A DNA stretch of 64,000 bases from Candidatus Latescibacterota bacterium (GCA_965237525.1 CBDEFO010000007.1:806786-870785); one strand, 5' to 3'. Numbered from the stretch's first letter, positions 10,855 through 21,859 are shown. Notes: generated from the letters alone by a model not told the origin. Numbers and translations are program-made.

Positions 10855-12197
10855 TGCCTCCTTTCAATCCCAGTTCCCCTGTCCCGATCGGGGCGATACA
10901 CGCCCAAAATCCCACCTTTGACCGATACTCGAGCTATCCTCCCATCCTCAAAGTAGAGCTTTATCCTGTCCCCACTAACTTCGTTCATAGCCCCTTGCGA
11001 AACTGAATCGTCAGGCAGGTAATAGTTGCTCGTGGCATTACCCTCAGCTATAAGCGTCTTTAATTCCTCATCCTCAAGTTCTATATCTATCTTTGTGGCG
11101 TCTATCTTGCTTGGCTTTGAGATCACATCGGGAGAATAGACACTCACAGCGTTGCCCTCCACAATCGCTTTGTGAAGCTTATTATCTTGTAACTTCAACA
11201 CTATAATATCTCCACTTAGATCTACACTTTGAAGAGTATCCCCGTAATCTCCCATGCGGATCGAGCGTTCTTTTGCATTCCCAGTTACGGTTATTTCCCC
11301 GACTGAATCACCTCTTAACAATATCTCTATACCTTCGCCCTCTATCCAACTTTCAACCCCTTCCTCTCCGTTGCGCGCAAGTCTGTGCGACGCCTTCGGT
11401 TCTCCTTTGAGCGTCAATTTCCCAACTTCATCCACATACCTTGCCTCGTGGGAGAAGGCCTCTACCTCGTGCCCTTTTATCCTCACATTCCCCACAACCG
11501 CAAGCTCTTCTGCCCCACCATATATCTCTATTTTATCCCCTGTGATCTGCATATAGTCCTTGCTTTTGTACCCGAAAAGACTTCCCTTGCCCCTTACTGC
11601 CCTTGGAGAATCTAAAAAGACGCCCTTGTTTTCCCGTAGATTATACTCAGCCCGTCCTCCTGAAACGACTATACCCCTTCGGGGCATCGCAACCTGCACA
11701 TCCTCATCTGCCGTAAGAGTTTCTGACTGCTCCTCATATATCACCCTCTGTGCGGTCAAGACCCATCCCTCTTCGTCCACGACCTCCACATCTCCGTATC
11801 CCTTTACCACCTTATCTTTCCTCAGGTAAACCACCCTTTTTGCTCTCACTTTTCTACCGTCTTCCTCTATAGACACATTTCCCAATGCTACAGCCCTATC
11901 TTCATCCGGGAAATAGGCGATCCGATCCGCCTTGAGCGACCTGGATGAGTCCACCATAGACGCTTTGCCCGTAAAAACTATCTCTTCAGGTTCCTCTTTA
12001 TAGATAACGCTATCTGCGGACAACTTCGTCCCATCGTAAGATGCCTCTACATTTCCCACATAATACTTCGTCAATTTCCCATCTCTGTGCACGCTCCTTG
12101 TGCTGTCAGCCCTCCCGATAAGGATTCTCTCCTTTTCTAAAGCAGGGGCTTCCCTGCTAAGCAACGCTAAAAGTAGTATTAACATTAATATTATCAT
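10851..12197 (-). CDS. Multi-OstA/LptA beta-jellyroll protein
   Basis: Signal peptide, repeated A.GNV / L.AD..Y jellyroll motifs; lies between lptC and lptB. Confidence 0.75.
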   Translation of the reverse strand: MIILMLILLLALLSREAPALEKERILIGRADSTRSVHRDGKLTKYYVGNVEASYDGTKLSADSVIYKEEPEEIVFTGKASMVDSSRSLKADRIAYFPDEDRAVALGNVSIEEDGRKVRAKRVVYLRKDKVVKGYGDVEVVDEEGWVLTAQRVIYEEQSETLTADEDVQVAMPRRGIVVSGGRAEYNLRENKGVFLDSPRAVRGKGSLFGYKSKDYMQITGDKIEIYGGAEELAVVGNVRIKGHEVEAFSHEARYVDEVGKLTLKGEPKASHRLARNGEEGVESWIEGEGIEILLRGDSVGEITVTGNAKERSIRMGDYGDTLQSVDLSGDIIVLKLQDNKLHKAIVEGNAVSVYSPDVISKPSKIDATKIDIELEDEELKTLIAEGNATSNYYLPDDSVSQGAMNEVSGDRIKLYFEDGRIARVSVKGGILGVYRPDRDRGTGIERRQ

Positions 12198-12241
12198 AAT
12201 TTTATATCAATAGGTCATCAGCAAAATGTCACTGTTACTTA

Positions 12242-12784
12242 TCAGTTACCTTCAGACTTTCGAGAACGCATGGTCACCTCTTTCATAGTCCAATCCTGCA
12301 AATCTGAATCGGACTTGAAGCCTCTGCCCTCTTCAACACCGTTCTTCGCAGATATTCTCACCCATTCATCTCCGTATATCTTCCCCTCCTTAGCGTTCCA
12401 CCTTAACTCCTCGGTCTCCAGCTTAGACTCCTTATCAGAGGATATCACAACCACATTGCCCATCACCTTCACATTCTTCGTGTTCTCATTTACATATCCC
12501 ATCTGAGCCGTCAAAGTAGAAGAACGATTCCCCTCTTTATCGCAGAAGTCTATCTGAATCCCCTCGTCTATCTCTAATTCCTTCTTTTCCTGGTACTTTT
12601 TAGTATGTCCGGCCTTTACGATAGCCTTTAACACTCCCAGATCTGACAGAATGATCTGGGAATCCCACGACTCGGAAGTTGGGACTTTTCCAGGTTCACC
12701 CTCGTATCCTCCCCGATCTGCATTTTCACATGCTATGTTAAGCAACACAATACATATAATTGTCAGACAATATCTTATAATCAT
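12242..12784 (-). CDS. lptC: LPS export periplasmic protein LptC
   Basis: N-terminal anchor; STLTA..G, GNVVV, LETEELRW, G.GF.SD motifs; operon position. Confidence 0.85.
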   Translation of the reverse strand: MIIRYCLTIICIVLLNIACENADRGGYEGEPGKVPTSESWDSQIILSDLGVLKAIVKAGHTKKYQEKKELEIDEGIQIDFCDKEGNRSSTLTAQMGYVNENTKNVKVMGNVVVISSDKESKLETEELRWNAKEGKIYGDEWVRISAKNGVEEGRGFKSDSDLQDWTMKEVTMRSRKSEGN

Positions 12785-12867
12785 ATTTATCCACTACAAG
12801 ATCGCCATATTCAGGCAGTATCATCTCTTTTTACACAGATGCTCGTGGTCAGAGTCGAAAGTCCAGA

Positions 12868-13749
12868 TTATGAAGCGTTAAAAGCAAACTTTCTCACAGC
12901 CCGGGCAAAACCGTCTTCGTCATAGGGCGGAGCCATGCGCACATTTGTCCCTCCCACAGCCCTTTTAACCTCATCGGCAGCGTTCTCCATCAAAATGCCC
13001 ATTCCCGCAGACAGTATCATAGGAAGATCGTTGTCCCCGTCCCCTATTGCCATCGCATCTTTCATCGAAAACCCGTTCCTTTGACATATGCTCTCCACTG
13101 CCGCTTTTTTGCTCACATCTGGATGCATAAGCTCCACTCTGTCTGTGTGCGTCTTGGCAATATAGAGTGAATCCTGGTACCTATCTTCAAGCTCTTCAAA
13201 AACTTTATCTCGATTCTTTTCCCCCGGAAGCACCATCATTTTGGGAGGAGGCCCTAGTTTTTTATTCATTATCCTATTTATAAGACCCTTGTCAAACTCG
13301 TACGTTGCCCCTGTCTGGATCTCGAGTATTCTCGTAGATTGGGAAGGACGAACGGCTATGAGTTTTTCATCCATCCGGCCGTTTCCGTCCATCTCAAACT
13401 GATAATAGACAAGATCATAGCCATTGTCTCGGACATAATCTGTAAGATCGAGCATCTTATCTTCCGGCATCCTCTGCACGTGAATCAACTCCCTTGAGTT
13501 CCTCTCCACAGGTTCCAGGACGACAGCCCCGTTGTAGGAGACCATATATATTCTCTCAAACAATTGAGGCTTATCGTGGAAAGGACTGCTGCTCCTGTCC
13601 ACATTTCTCCCGCTCACAGAAGCTATCAGAATACCTCTTTGGAGAGCTTCCTCTAAAACTTTTATTCCATCTTCGGAGAATCCCCTGTCCACTGCTAAAG
13701 CAGTATCGTCCAGATCAAAAGCGATTAACTTAGCCAATTTTCCTCCCAA
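12868..13749 (-). CDS. Cof-type HAD-IIB hydrolase
   Basis: FDLDDT, SGR, YNGA, K..A, GDGDNDLPMI motifs. Confidence 0.85.
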   Translation of the reverse strand: MGGKLAKLIAFDLDDTALAVDRGFSEDGIKVLEEALQRGILIASVSGRNVDRSSSPFHDKPQLFERIYMVSYNGAVVLEPVERNSRELIHVQRMPEDKMLDLTDYVRDNGYDLVYYQFEMDGNGRMDEKLIAVRPSQSTRILEIQTGATYEFDKGLINRIMNKKLGPPPKMMVLPGEKNRDKVFEELEDRYQDSLYIAKTHTDRVELMHPDVSKKAAVESICQRNGFSMKDAMAIGDGDNDLPMILSAGMGILMENAADEVKRAVGGTNVRMAPPYDEDGFARAVRKFAFNAS

Positions 13750-13775
13750 AAGTTTACCGAATTTAATTCACAATA

Positions 13776-14330
13776 ATCACGCACTGTCGTCCAGAATCTT
13801 TCCCAGACTTCCACCTGGATGGCACTCGTGGAAATCCTGATTTGTGAATTCCTTGGCGTCATTTAAAGACATCGCAAGGCTATCTTCAAGGACGTGGTGA
13901 CATGCTGTGCTTGGAGTAGGAGTCAACTCAAAAGATATCGCCTCTTTCTGCGCTGGACAGGCAGAAGCACATTGCTCAATTTCGCAAGATCAGATTTGTC
14001 ATCCTTAGTAATCCCTACAACGTAATCCCTACATCATAAGCTCATTTATGCTTGATCGTCCTGATGCCATCCAAGAGTTCCCTTTTGGCATCACCCTGAA
14101 AGATAGCTGTAACCACATCCCCTTCGATGACTTGACCGCTCTCACCGTGATTTACGTCAATGGGGTCGAGAAAATAGGCGGGAGTTCCCACACTCTGCAA
14201 CGCATGGGCGATCTTCTCGGTTAAAAGCCTCGGTTTACGCAAAACCGTCACGTAAATACGACCTCCCTTACTCTGAACGTTTCTTATCAACCCCATAGCT
14301 TCGCGATTATAATCCCCCCATTCCTAAATA
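13776..14330 (-). pseudogene. Degraded KdsD/GutQ-type SIS sugar-phosphate isomerase
   Basis: Fragments GRIYVT..KIAHALQSVGTPAYFLDP..HGESG and LTPTPSTA..DSLAMSL..FHECHPGGSLGK separated by stops/frameshifts. Confidence 0.75.
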
Positions 14331-14342
14331 GAGAGCCTCTAA

Positions 14343-15861
14343 AAGCCTTGTGAAAAACCCTTAGATTCAGAAAATAGTATAAAACAAGCATTGATAAAGC
14401 AGCTCCGATGTATTATATTATGTTATTGATAATATTATACATGGAGGAAACAATGACCCCACAAAAGCAGGAACAGACAAATCCGATGTTTCACTATTTT
14501 CAGATGGAGGATTTAGTTCCCGAGGATCATATCCTTCGCCAGATTGATGAGGCAGTTGATTTTTCATTTGTACGAGACGTTGTATCAGATTGTTATTGCC
14601 CTGACAATGGCAGACCCGGTATTGATCCTGAATTAGTTGTTCGAATGATCCTTATTGGCTATCTGTATAATTTGAGTGAGAATCGGCTCTGTCAGGAAGT
14701 GGGGATGCATGCGGCATATCGGTTGTTTTGTCATCAGACATTTGATGATGCGGTTCCGGATAGGAGCACGATCAACAAGCTTCGCAATCACAAGTGGGCA
14801 TCCAGTGGGTTGTTTGAACGGATAATGCGTCAGGTAGTCCAGTGTTGCATAGATGTCGGTCTTGTGAGCGGTAAACACCTTAGTGTCGACGGCACTCAGA
14901 TACAAGCTGATGCTTCAGTGAAAAGTATTGAGCCGATAGAACCCCCTGTTTCTCTTGATGATTATCTCAAGGGAATCGGTTTTGAAGGTGATAAGACAAA
15001 GGGTAGGTCCGGGCATCCTCAGGATAAAGACTTTCATGGTGAAAAGTGGACGAACCAAACACACCGTTCGACTACAGACCCCGACGCGCGCTTATACAGC
15101 AAATCGAAGGGCAAAGGGGCTTTTCTCTCGTTTATGGGCCATGATCTGATCGACACAAAAAGCAGAGTAATCCTTGAGACTCAGGGCACGCAGGCGACAG
15201 GGACAGCAGAGCCCGAAAGTGCCCTTAAGATGGTAGATGACCTTGAAACATACACCATGCCCAAAGACATTCAGACACTTAGTGCCGATACCGGTTACGG
15301 TTCTGGTAATTTTATCGCTGATGTACTTGACCGGGGAATCATACCCCATATTCCTCTGCGAGCCGATGAGAGGATTGAACCGATTCCTACATGGAAAAAC
15401 AAGACAAATCCAGCACATATTCAGGCCGAACGGGATAGAAAAGTGCGAGAGGCGAAAGCCAGAAATCATGCACGGTCTATCTCATTAACAGCTGACTACA
15501 AACTCTCCCGGAGACTCCGTAAACGCAGTGAACATATCTTTGCTGAAGCCAGGCAACAACACGGTATGGGACGAGCCCGTTACAGAGGACCAGCCTCACT
15601 GAATGAACAGTTGAATCTTGTTGCAACAGTACAGAATCTCAAGAGGCTTGTATCTTTCATAAGAAGGGGGAAAGCGTCTATGTGTGCCCTGTCTGTCAAA
15701 GACAGTGCATCCTGTTCTTCAAACAGCTCCTGTTCCTTGCTGACCAGAACTCTGATAAGACTATTTTGCTTATTCCACAGCAAAACGATACGATATGCTA
15801 CTCTTTGACCCATAATCGGCGCTTCAGACGCTGCCTGGGACATAACTATTTCACAAGGCTT
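14343..15861 (+). mobile_element. IS1182-family element, copy 2 (complete, 1519 bp)
   Basis: Terminal IRs AAGCCTTGTGAAA / TTTCACAAGGCTT; CTAA duplicated at 14339-14342 and 15862-15865. Confidence 0.9.
14453..15808 (+). CDS. IS1182-family DDE transposase
   Basis: Same protein as 918-2273 apart from a few substitutions. Confidence 0.9.
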   Translation: MTPQKQEQTNPMFHYFQMEDLVPEDHILRQIDEAVDFSFVRDVVSDCYCPDNGRPGIDPELVVRMILIGYLYNLSENRLCQEVGMHAAYRLFCHQTFDDAVPDRSTINKLRNHKWASSGLFERIMRQVVQCCIDVGLVSGKHLSVDGTQIQADASVKSIEPIEPPVSLDDYLKGIGFEGDKTKGRSGHPQDKDFHGEKWTNQTHRSTTDPDARLYSKSKGKGAFLSFMGHDLIDTKSRVILETQGTQATGTAEPESALKMVDDLETYTMPKDIQTLSADTGYGSGNFIADVLDRGIIPHIPLRADERIEPIPTWKNKTNPAHIQAERDRKVREAKARNHARSISLTADYKLSRRLRKRSEHIFAEARQQHGMGRARYRGPASLNEQLNLVATVQNLKRLVSFIRRGKASMCALSVKDSASCSSNSSCSLLTRTLIRLFCLFHSKTIRYATL

Positions 15862-16950
15862 CTAATGGTCTATCTGGTTCCTTACAGTATCCAGGCCTAC
15901 GTCAGTGTAATCGTTCACTCCTTCACTCTGGCCTATCAATATACCTTCAAGGGCATCTATCCTCTTTCCATCAAAGAGAGACGTTACATCTTTCAGACTC
16001 CCCCCCAAGACCGGAAAGGCCCCAGCCACAGTGCAGCACGCAGCCCCGCACGCATTTGCAAGCTTTCCTATATCCTCTAAAGACAAGCCGTAATATATCC
16101 CAGCGATCACGCCCCCCAAGAAAGCGTCTCCCGCTCCTGTCGTATCCCTCGCATCTACACTGTAGGACTTTACCCTCACTATAGAGCCCCCATCATAGAG
16201 AACGCTCCCTTCTGCGCCGTCCGTAACAGCTACTAACCTGGGGCTGTACTTCTGGAATATGTCCCTCGCCTTATCCTCAGATGTATCGCCTCCTACTATC
16301 TGGTCCGCAGCGGCCTTGGCAGGCTTGATAAGATCAGCCAGAGAAAGAGCTTTTTCAAACTCCTTTCTACTTCCCAAGCCAGCCAAATCCACAGCGAAGC
16401 TCGGGGGCACGTCCACATCTAAAACCGTCGGAACATCACTTTCCTTCGCTATACTCAGCACAGCTACAACCGCATCTAATGGGAGTTGCGAGATCTCAGT
16501 TGTCACCATCCCGGCGTTCGCAATGCACTCCGAGAACTCCCTTTTTATGTCCTCAGATGTTGTGGTCCCCGTCAGAGCCGACGCCATATATATGGCCCTT
16601 TCCGCATGGGTCTCCACGTTTATGATCGCAAAAGTGGACGATTTTCCCTCCTTAACCTTGACGTAACTCCTTTCGATCCCATGAACGTCCATAGTACCCC
16701 TTATGAACTTTCCGAATCTATCGTCCCCCTGAAATCCAAAGAGACCCGTACGGACGCCCAAGAGCCTGGCCCATGCAAGATGATTCAGTACAACTCCCCC
16801 TGCGACCTCCTTTACCATATTCCCTTCATCGTTAGGGAGGATATACGTCTTTTCATCTTTGCCCGCGATCCTGTTCACCCTGTAGATTACGTCCACCGCA
16901 TTGCTCCCGATGCCCATAATCAGTTTATGTCTATCTATCTTGATCTGCAT
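15862..16950 (-). CDS. PfkB-family carbohydrate kinase
   Basis: AGGVVLN, GDDRFG, VTDGAEGS, DTTGAGDAFLGG signature. Confidence 0.9.
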   Translation of the reverse strand: MQIKIDRHKLIMGIGSNAVDVIYRVNRIAGKDEKTYILPNDEGNMVKEVAGGVVLNHLAWARLLGVRTGLFGFQGDDRFGKFIRGTMDVHGIERSYVKVKEGKSSTFAIINVETHAERAIYMASALTGTTTSEDIKREFSECIANAGMVTTEISQLPLDAVVAVLSIAKESDVPTVLDVDVPPSFAVDLAGLGSRKEFEKALSLADLIKPAKAAADQIVGGDTSEDKARDIFQKYSPRLVAVTDGAEGSVLYDGGSIVRVKSYSVDARDTTGAGDAFLGGVIAGIYYGLSLEDIGKLANACGAACCTVAGAFPVLGGSLKDVTSLFDGKRIDALEGILIGQSEGVNDYTDVGLDTVRNQIDH

Positions 16951-16999
16951 TGTTAATGTCCCTAAACAATTAAATAGTAGCCCCCGACCCCCAATTGAA

Positions 17000-17021
17000 T
17001 CCCCGATAGACTCAATCGGGA
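17000..17021. repeat. Hairpin element copy TCCCCGATAGACTCAATCGGGA
   Basis: Matches the 23-bp family with one G missing; flanked by degenerate related sequence. Confidence 0.7.
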
Positions 17022-17250
17022 TCAAGGGTTCAATCGTGGATAGACACCATGCAGACACTTCCCGACTCTTCCCTAGAGGTGTTGTCTACTCTTTTGGAAA
17101 GCACTTCACATATCCTTAAAGTAGCATAGTTCAGCTTGACTGTCAATATAAAGCGATAAAAAGGAGAGGGGTTCAGTTAAGAAACCCCTCAATCAGAAAA
17201 TCTGAACTATCCGGCTCTTTATCCAGTTCGGTCACTTGATCTAAAACACG

Positions 17251-18012
17251 TTACTCATCTGTCCTGGGATGACCTACAATGGTCCATCCACCGTCAACTA
17301 CCAGACTTGTCCCCGTAATAAACGAGGCGTCATCAGGAGCTAAGAATATCACAGCCTTAGCTATATCCTCAGGCTGCCCCATACGCTTCATTGGGGTCAT
17401 CCGGGCCCAGTGGTCCATCTCCTCTTGATCAATCCCACTCCAGGCGGCAGTCAGAATAGCCCCCGGGAGCACTGCGTTCGCCCGGATCTGGGGTCCAAAA
17501 TCCAGTGCCAAAGAGCGTGTGAGTCCTATGACACCGGCTTTTGCAGCATCGTACGCAGCATGCTTGTGAAAGGAGACAAGACTGTGAACAGATGCCGTGT
17601 TAACGACAGTTCCTCCGCCCGTCTTCAGCATCTGGGGGATTGCAAGCTTACATCCCATGTATACAGCCTTGAGACAGACGTCCAGGGTATGATCCCAATC
17701 CTCCTCAGAGATAGTCACCGCCGTCCCTCCGGAATGCCAGTAGACGTTGTTGTGCAAAACGTCTATCTTCCCATAACTATCCACAGCCGCTGCTATCATG
17801 TCTTCAACTCCCTTTGCAGTCCCCACATCGGCGTAACAGGAGACGCCCTTCCCCCCTTTCGATTCAATCATAGAAACCGTCTCTCTTGCGCCCTCCTCAT
17901 CCACGTCTGCAATTATGACCTTTGCTCCCTCCTCTGCCATCAAGAGAGCTGTCCCCCGCCCTATCCCCGACGCTCCCCCAGTAACAATCGCAACTTTATC
18001 TTGAAGTCTCAC
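17251..18012 (-). CDS. Short-chain dehydrogenase/reductase
   Basis: TGGASGIG, YDAAK, PG, ITG..L.VDGG. Confidence 0.93.
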   Translation of the reverse strand: MRLQDKVAIVTGGASGIGRGTALLMAEEGAKVIIADVDEEGARETVSMIESKGGKGVSCYADVGTAKGVEDMIAAAVDSYGKIDVLHNNVYWHSGGTAVTISEEDWDHTLDVCLKAVYMGCKLAIPQMLKTGGGTVVNTASVHSLVSFHKHAAYDAAKAGVIGLTRSLALDFGPQIRANAVLPGAILTAAWSGIDQEEMDHWARMTPMKRMGQPEDIAKAVIFLAPDDASFITGTSLVVDGGWTIVGHPRTDE

Positions 18013-18170
18013 GGCTTAATTCCTTCTCCTACAAATAGATCTTGATATCTCCCACCATACACAACGGGGATTTTCAAAACCGCCGTCGAAATTGCTTCGG
18101 GGGATTTCATCTCTCTCGCCATGACTAAAGCTAAGCAATATCAATGCGAGCGACAGCGAAGCAATCTCAA

Positions 18171-20033
18171 TCAGAGTTTTCCGAGCGAAACTATCCTCTT
18201 TTTTTCTATCTTCAAAAGATAGACGTTCTCGTTCTGATGGCTCTGGCTTCCGAATGAGATCCTCCCTGAAACCCCCTCAAAGTTCCTTACCTTTTGAAGA
18301 GTATTCTTCAAATTTTCCCTGGTCCTGTGACCTATAATTAGTTCTTTCAGCACCAGCGACATGGCGTCGTAGCCGAAAGCGGCTGCCGTTGAAGGCGACC
18401 TTCCAAATTTACGTCTGAACGACCTTATAAACCGATTGATCGCGGGTGATCCTAAATCTTCAAAATACCCGGATACGAATAGGGCTCCCTCCACGTAGTT
18501 TCCGCTCATTCTGATTATGTCCTGAGAGTTCCACTGGCTTCCTCCCAAAAGTTGGGTCTCGATCCTCTTCAAAGCAATCTGAGGGGCTATCAATATCACA
18601 TCATCAGAAGCGCCCGCTATCAGAACGCCGTCAATAGTCCCCACAGGTTGCAATTCCTTTTCCTCGGGGAGGTCCTCCTCAAAAGCGGGAGTGTCCACCA
18701 TTGAGGTATCCGCTGCCAATAGTATATCCTGGAGCAAGAGCCCAGCGTTCCTTATCCTCTCCAATTGCTCTTTGAAATCCTTTGTTCCCGGAAAATACCT
18801 CTCCTCCTCCAGGACTCTTCCCCCCAATTCCTCCACCCTCGATCTGAAACTTTTGGACATCTCCTGTCCGTACATGTCCATAGAGGCGATTAGGGCAAAC
18901 GTCTCCAGGTTCAGTGTCCCCACAGCGTATTCGGCCATCCTCTTTCCTTGAACCTCTGGAGTTGAGTTGATCTGAAACACGTAAGGTCCAATTGAGGCTA
19001 TCGGGCCCTCTGAAGCCGTAGGAGCGATCAGTGGAACCGATTCGGAGTTTGCCACCGCTGCTGCCCCTATAGTCGTAGAACTGTACAGAGGTCCGACTAT
19101 AGCAAGGACTCTGTCCTTCTCTATCAACTTCTGGACCACCTTTACCGCAGTTATCGGATCGCTTCTTGAATCTTCAACTATTAATTGGATTGCCCCTCTA
19201 CGGGGAAGCGAGGAGTGTTCCAAGGCTAACTTTGCCCCGTCTCTTAGATCCTCTCCGTAGATTCTTCCCTCGCCGGAAAGTGGACATATGACACCTATCT
19301 TATCCGATGGCCAGCTTGTACGATAGCTTACTTGCACTCCCACCTCTATCTCCTCCCTTAAAGCTATCGCCTCTTTCAAGAATAGACCGTCTGGGAAGTT
19401 CCTAATGTAGCTGTCCACCTTCTCAGCCGCCAGCTGAGAATAGCCCCACCTGAAAACCCATCTTGCTTCGCCTAAAAGAAGTCCTTCCTCTACAACTCCT
19501 GGATCGAACTTCTCTTTTATATCCTCGATTTCGGATTTAGACAGATTTTTCAATCCCACGACCGACAGACGCTCAGCTGCTTTCAACTTTAAGTCTGTCT
19601 CCTGTGTCCCCACTAGCACAAGCGCGTATTTGAACACAGCCTCGACGAACCTTCCCTGACGAAAATAAGAATCGCCTGCCGCAAAATCGGCGTCCCAGAG
19701 GTACCGGCTCGACGGGAACTCACTTTTCAATTCCTCGGCGACAGAGATCGCCAGTTCGTAGTCGCTCAGCTTGTAGAGCGTCTTGGCTAACATCAACTTT
19801 GCTGCGGATGACTTCTGATTGATGGGTAATTTCTCTAATACCTCCTGAAATTCGAGCCGCGCTCTTTGAAAGTGTCCCTTCACATACCTTTCTATTCCTC
19901 TTTGGAAGACGTCCTCAGCCTCCTGATCGAAAAGGCGCGTCTCTTTATCTTCCGATTCTCCGAAAGCCTCTGTGGCAAAATAGAGAACCACTGCAAATAA
20001 TAGAAATATTCTATATTCTCTGACAGGCATCAC
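18171..20033 (-). CDS. TPR + periplasmic-binding-fold protein (LppC/LpoA-like)
   Basis: Signal peptide, N-terminal TPR-like helices, C-terminal PBP1 fold (IGVICPLSG, AIVGPLYS, GYDA, FEGVSGRISF). Confidence 0.75.
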   Translation of the reverse strand: MMPVREYRIFLLFAVVLYFATEAFGESEDKETRLFDQEAEDVFQRGIERYVKGHFQRARLEFQEVLEKLPINQKSSAAKLMLAKTLYKLSDYELAISVAEELKSEFPSSRYLWDADFAAGDSYFRQGRFVEAVFKYALVLVGTQETDLKLKAAERLSVVGLKNLSKSEIEDIKEKFDPGVVEEGLLLGEARWVFRWGYSQLAAEKVDSYIRNFPDGLFLKEAIALREEIEVGVQVSYRTSWPSDKIGVICPLSGEGRIYGEDLRDGAKLALEHSSLPRRGAIQLIVEDSRSDPITAVKVVQKLIEKDRVLAIVGPLYSSTTIGAAAVANSESVPLIAPTASEGPIASIGPYVFQINSTPEVQGKRMAEYAVGTLNLETFALIASMDMYGQEMSKSFRSRVEELGGRVLEEERYFPGTKDFKEQLERIRNAGLLLQDILLAADTSMVDTPAFEEDLPEEKELQPVGTIDGVLIAGASDDVILIAPQIALKRIETQLLGGSQWNSQDIIRMSGNYVEGALFVSGYFEDLGSPAINRFIRSFRRKFGRSPSTAAAFGYDAMSLVLKELIIGHRTRENLKNTLQKVRNFEGVSGRISFGSQSHQNENVYLLKIEKKRIVSLGKL

Positions 20034-20506
20034 AGCTTAAAATTCCCAAAATCTTCAGGATTAATCCTCTGTACTCTGTCCTTCAGACTTTCCCCACTTT
20101 CCTCTATATCTTCTATCTGGATGCCCTCAACTCGTTCTAGAAGCGCCCCGGCAACAAATATTGGAGCGTGAGTTTTTAAAGCCATAATTATGGAATCGCT
20201 TGGACGGGCATCCACCTTTACGATCCTATTTTCCCTTTGAAGATAGAGTTGAGCGTAGTAGGTACTGTCTACAAGATTGGACACTTCCACCTTGATTACC
20301 GTTGCCTCTAAAGTGTCAAGCAACATCTCCAGCAGGTCGTGAGATAGGGGACGCTTGTACTTCTGATCCTGGACCTCCCCAGCTATAGCCCTTGCCTCCG
20401 CCTCACCTATCCATATAGGAAGGACTCGATCCCCGCTCAACTCCTTCAACAAAACAATGTGTCCTGTCTGATCGATAAGAAGAGTGGCTATCTTTACCTC
20501 AACCAT
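20030..20506 (-). CDS. Bifunctional nuclease family protein (DUF151)
   Basis: LPIWIGEAEA, RPLSHDL, DARPSDSI. Confidence 0.9.
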   Translation of the reverse strand: MVEVKIATLLIDQTGHIVLLKELSGDRVLPIWIGEAEARAIAGEVQDQKYKRPLSHDLLEMLLDTLEATVIKVEVSNLVDSTYYAQLYLQRENRIVKVDARPSDSIIMALKTHAPIFVAGALLERVEGIQIEDIEESGESLKDRVQRINPEDFGNFKL

Positions 20507-20777
20507 TAGTACCTCCCGGAGTTAAACGCGACCGTGTACCAGAAATGAGACTATATATTCTGCCCGCCTTGGTTGCTTACCTCACCGTGAATATATCAAT
20601 TTGAGCCGAGTTGGTCAAGGAAAATATTCTTCCCGCACTTGCATATGCCTAATCTCTCACCTGTTCCCCCCATTTTTTGGGATGATCTCTGCGAATTCGG
20701 TTGACTTTTTGTTCAAATTCATTAATCTTGGAATTATAGACACCGCTGATAACGTACAGCATATGGAGATATGGAGA

Positions 20778-21734
20778 ATGGCTAAATTTAAGATACTTCT
20801 GTTTGAGGAGATGAACGAATCCGGAAAAAACTATCTTGTAGAAAACGGCGCTGAGATCGTCTGGTCGCCCGCCTGGGAATCTGGAGACGAAAGACTCCTT
20901 GAGGCCATACAGAATATCTCCGGCATAATATTCAGAGCCAAAGGGAGGGCTGATCGGTGGTTGATGGACCACGCTCCCAAACTCAAGGTCATAGCAAGAC
21001 ACGGTGTAGGTCTGGATAACGTGGACGTAGAGGAGGCCACCAAAAAGGGAATAAGGGTCGTCTACACACCTCTTGCTAATGCCGAAGCCGTCGCAGAACA
21101 CGCAGTTATGATGATGGCTCTTATATCCAGAAGAATCCTCAAGCTGGATCGCGCCCTACGGCAGGGGGCATGGGAGGTAAGAAATACTCATACAGGCCCG
21201 GAGTTATGGGAAAAGACCGTCGGAATAGTGGGATTCGGGAAGATCGGAAGGCGTGTTGGAGAAATATGCCGCAGATCCTACAATATGCAGATCCTCTACT
21301 ACGACATAGTAGACTATCCAGAGGAAGAAGAAAGACTCCAAGCCCGGAGGGTACCTGTTGAAGAACTCCTCGAACGGTCGGACTACGTATCCGTCAATGC
21401 ACCCCTTACCGAGGATACCTACCATCTTATAGGAGAGGAGGAGTTGCAAGTAATAAAAAAGGGTTCCTATCTGGTCAACACTTCACGGGGTGCCGTGATA
21501 GATGAGTCCGCGCTGGTGCGCGCCCTTGAAGATGGCAGAATAGCCGCCGCCGGCATAGATGTCTTTGAGGACGAACCGCCCACTCCTGATAACCCTCTCT
21601 TCAAGATAGACAACGCAGTGGTCACACCGCACATAGCTGGGCAGAGCAACGAATCTATGAAGAATATGTCTATGGTCGCTGTGGACATAATTAGAGTGCT
21701 CAACGACCAGGAACCTCAATTCCCAGCAAATTAA
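20778..21734 (+). CDS. D-2-hydroxyacid (phosphoglycerate-like) dehydrogenase
   Basis: RHGVGLDNVD, GFGKIG, NTSRG, DVFEDEP, TPHIAG. Confidence 0.9.
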   Translation: MAKFKILLFEEMNESGKNYLVENGAEIVWSPAWESGDERLLEAIQNISGIIFRAKGRADRWLMDHAPKLKVIARHGVGLDNVDVEEATKKGIRVVYTPLANAEAVAEHAVMMMALISRRILKLDRALRQGAWEVRNTHTGPELWEKTVGIVGFGKIGRRVGEICRRSYNMQILYYDIVDYPEEEERLQARRVPVEELLERSDYVSVNAPLTEDTYHLIGEEELQVIKKGSYLVNTSRGAVIDESALVRALEDGRIAAAGIDVFEDEPPTPDNPLFKIDNAVVTPHIAGQSNESMKNMSMVAVDIIRVLNDQEPQFPAN

Positions 21735-21756
21735 GCAAGTAGGGAAGAGCCCCCGA

Positions 21757-21779
21757 TCCCCAATTGACGCTATTGGGGA
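21757..21779. repeat. 23-bp hairpin variant TCCCCAATTGACGCTATTGGGGA
   Basis: Same length and layout as other copies, with a compensatory G-C to A-T stem change. Confidence 0.7.
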
Positions 21780-21859
21780 CTCAATCACGGATAGAAAGAG
21801 GCACCTGCTCTCCGCCTGTAAGGTGTCTACTAACCCGATTAATTCATAAACTTGGCGGA

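Noticed and set aside
16951..17058. N-terminal extensions in the ORF track (pfkB; likewise 8321, 2465, 20601, 32055, 59761)
   Set aside because: They run through repeats or upstream genes; downstream starts fit RBS position and family length better.
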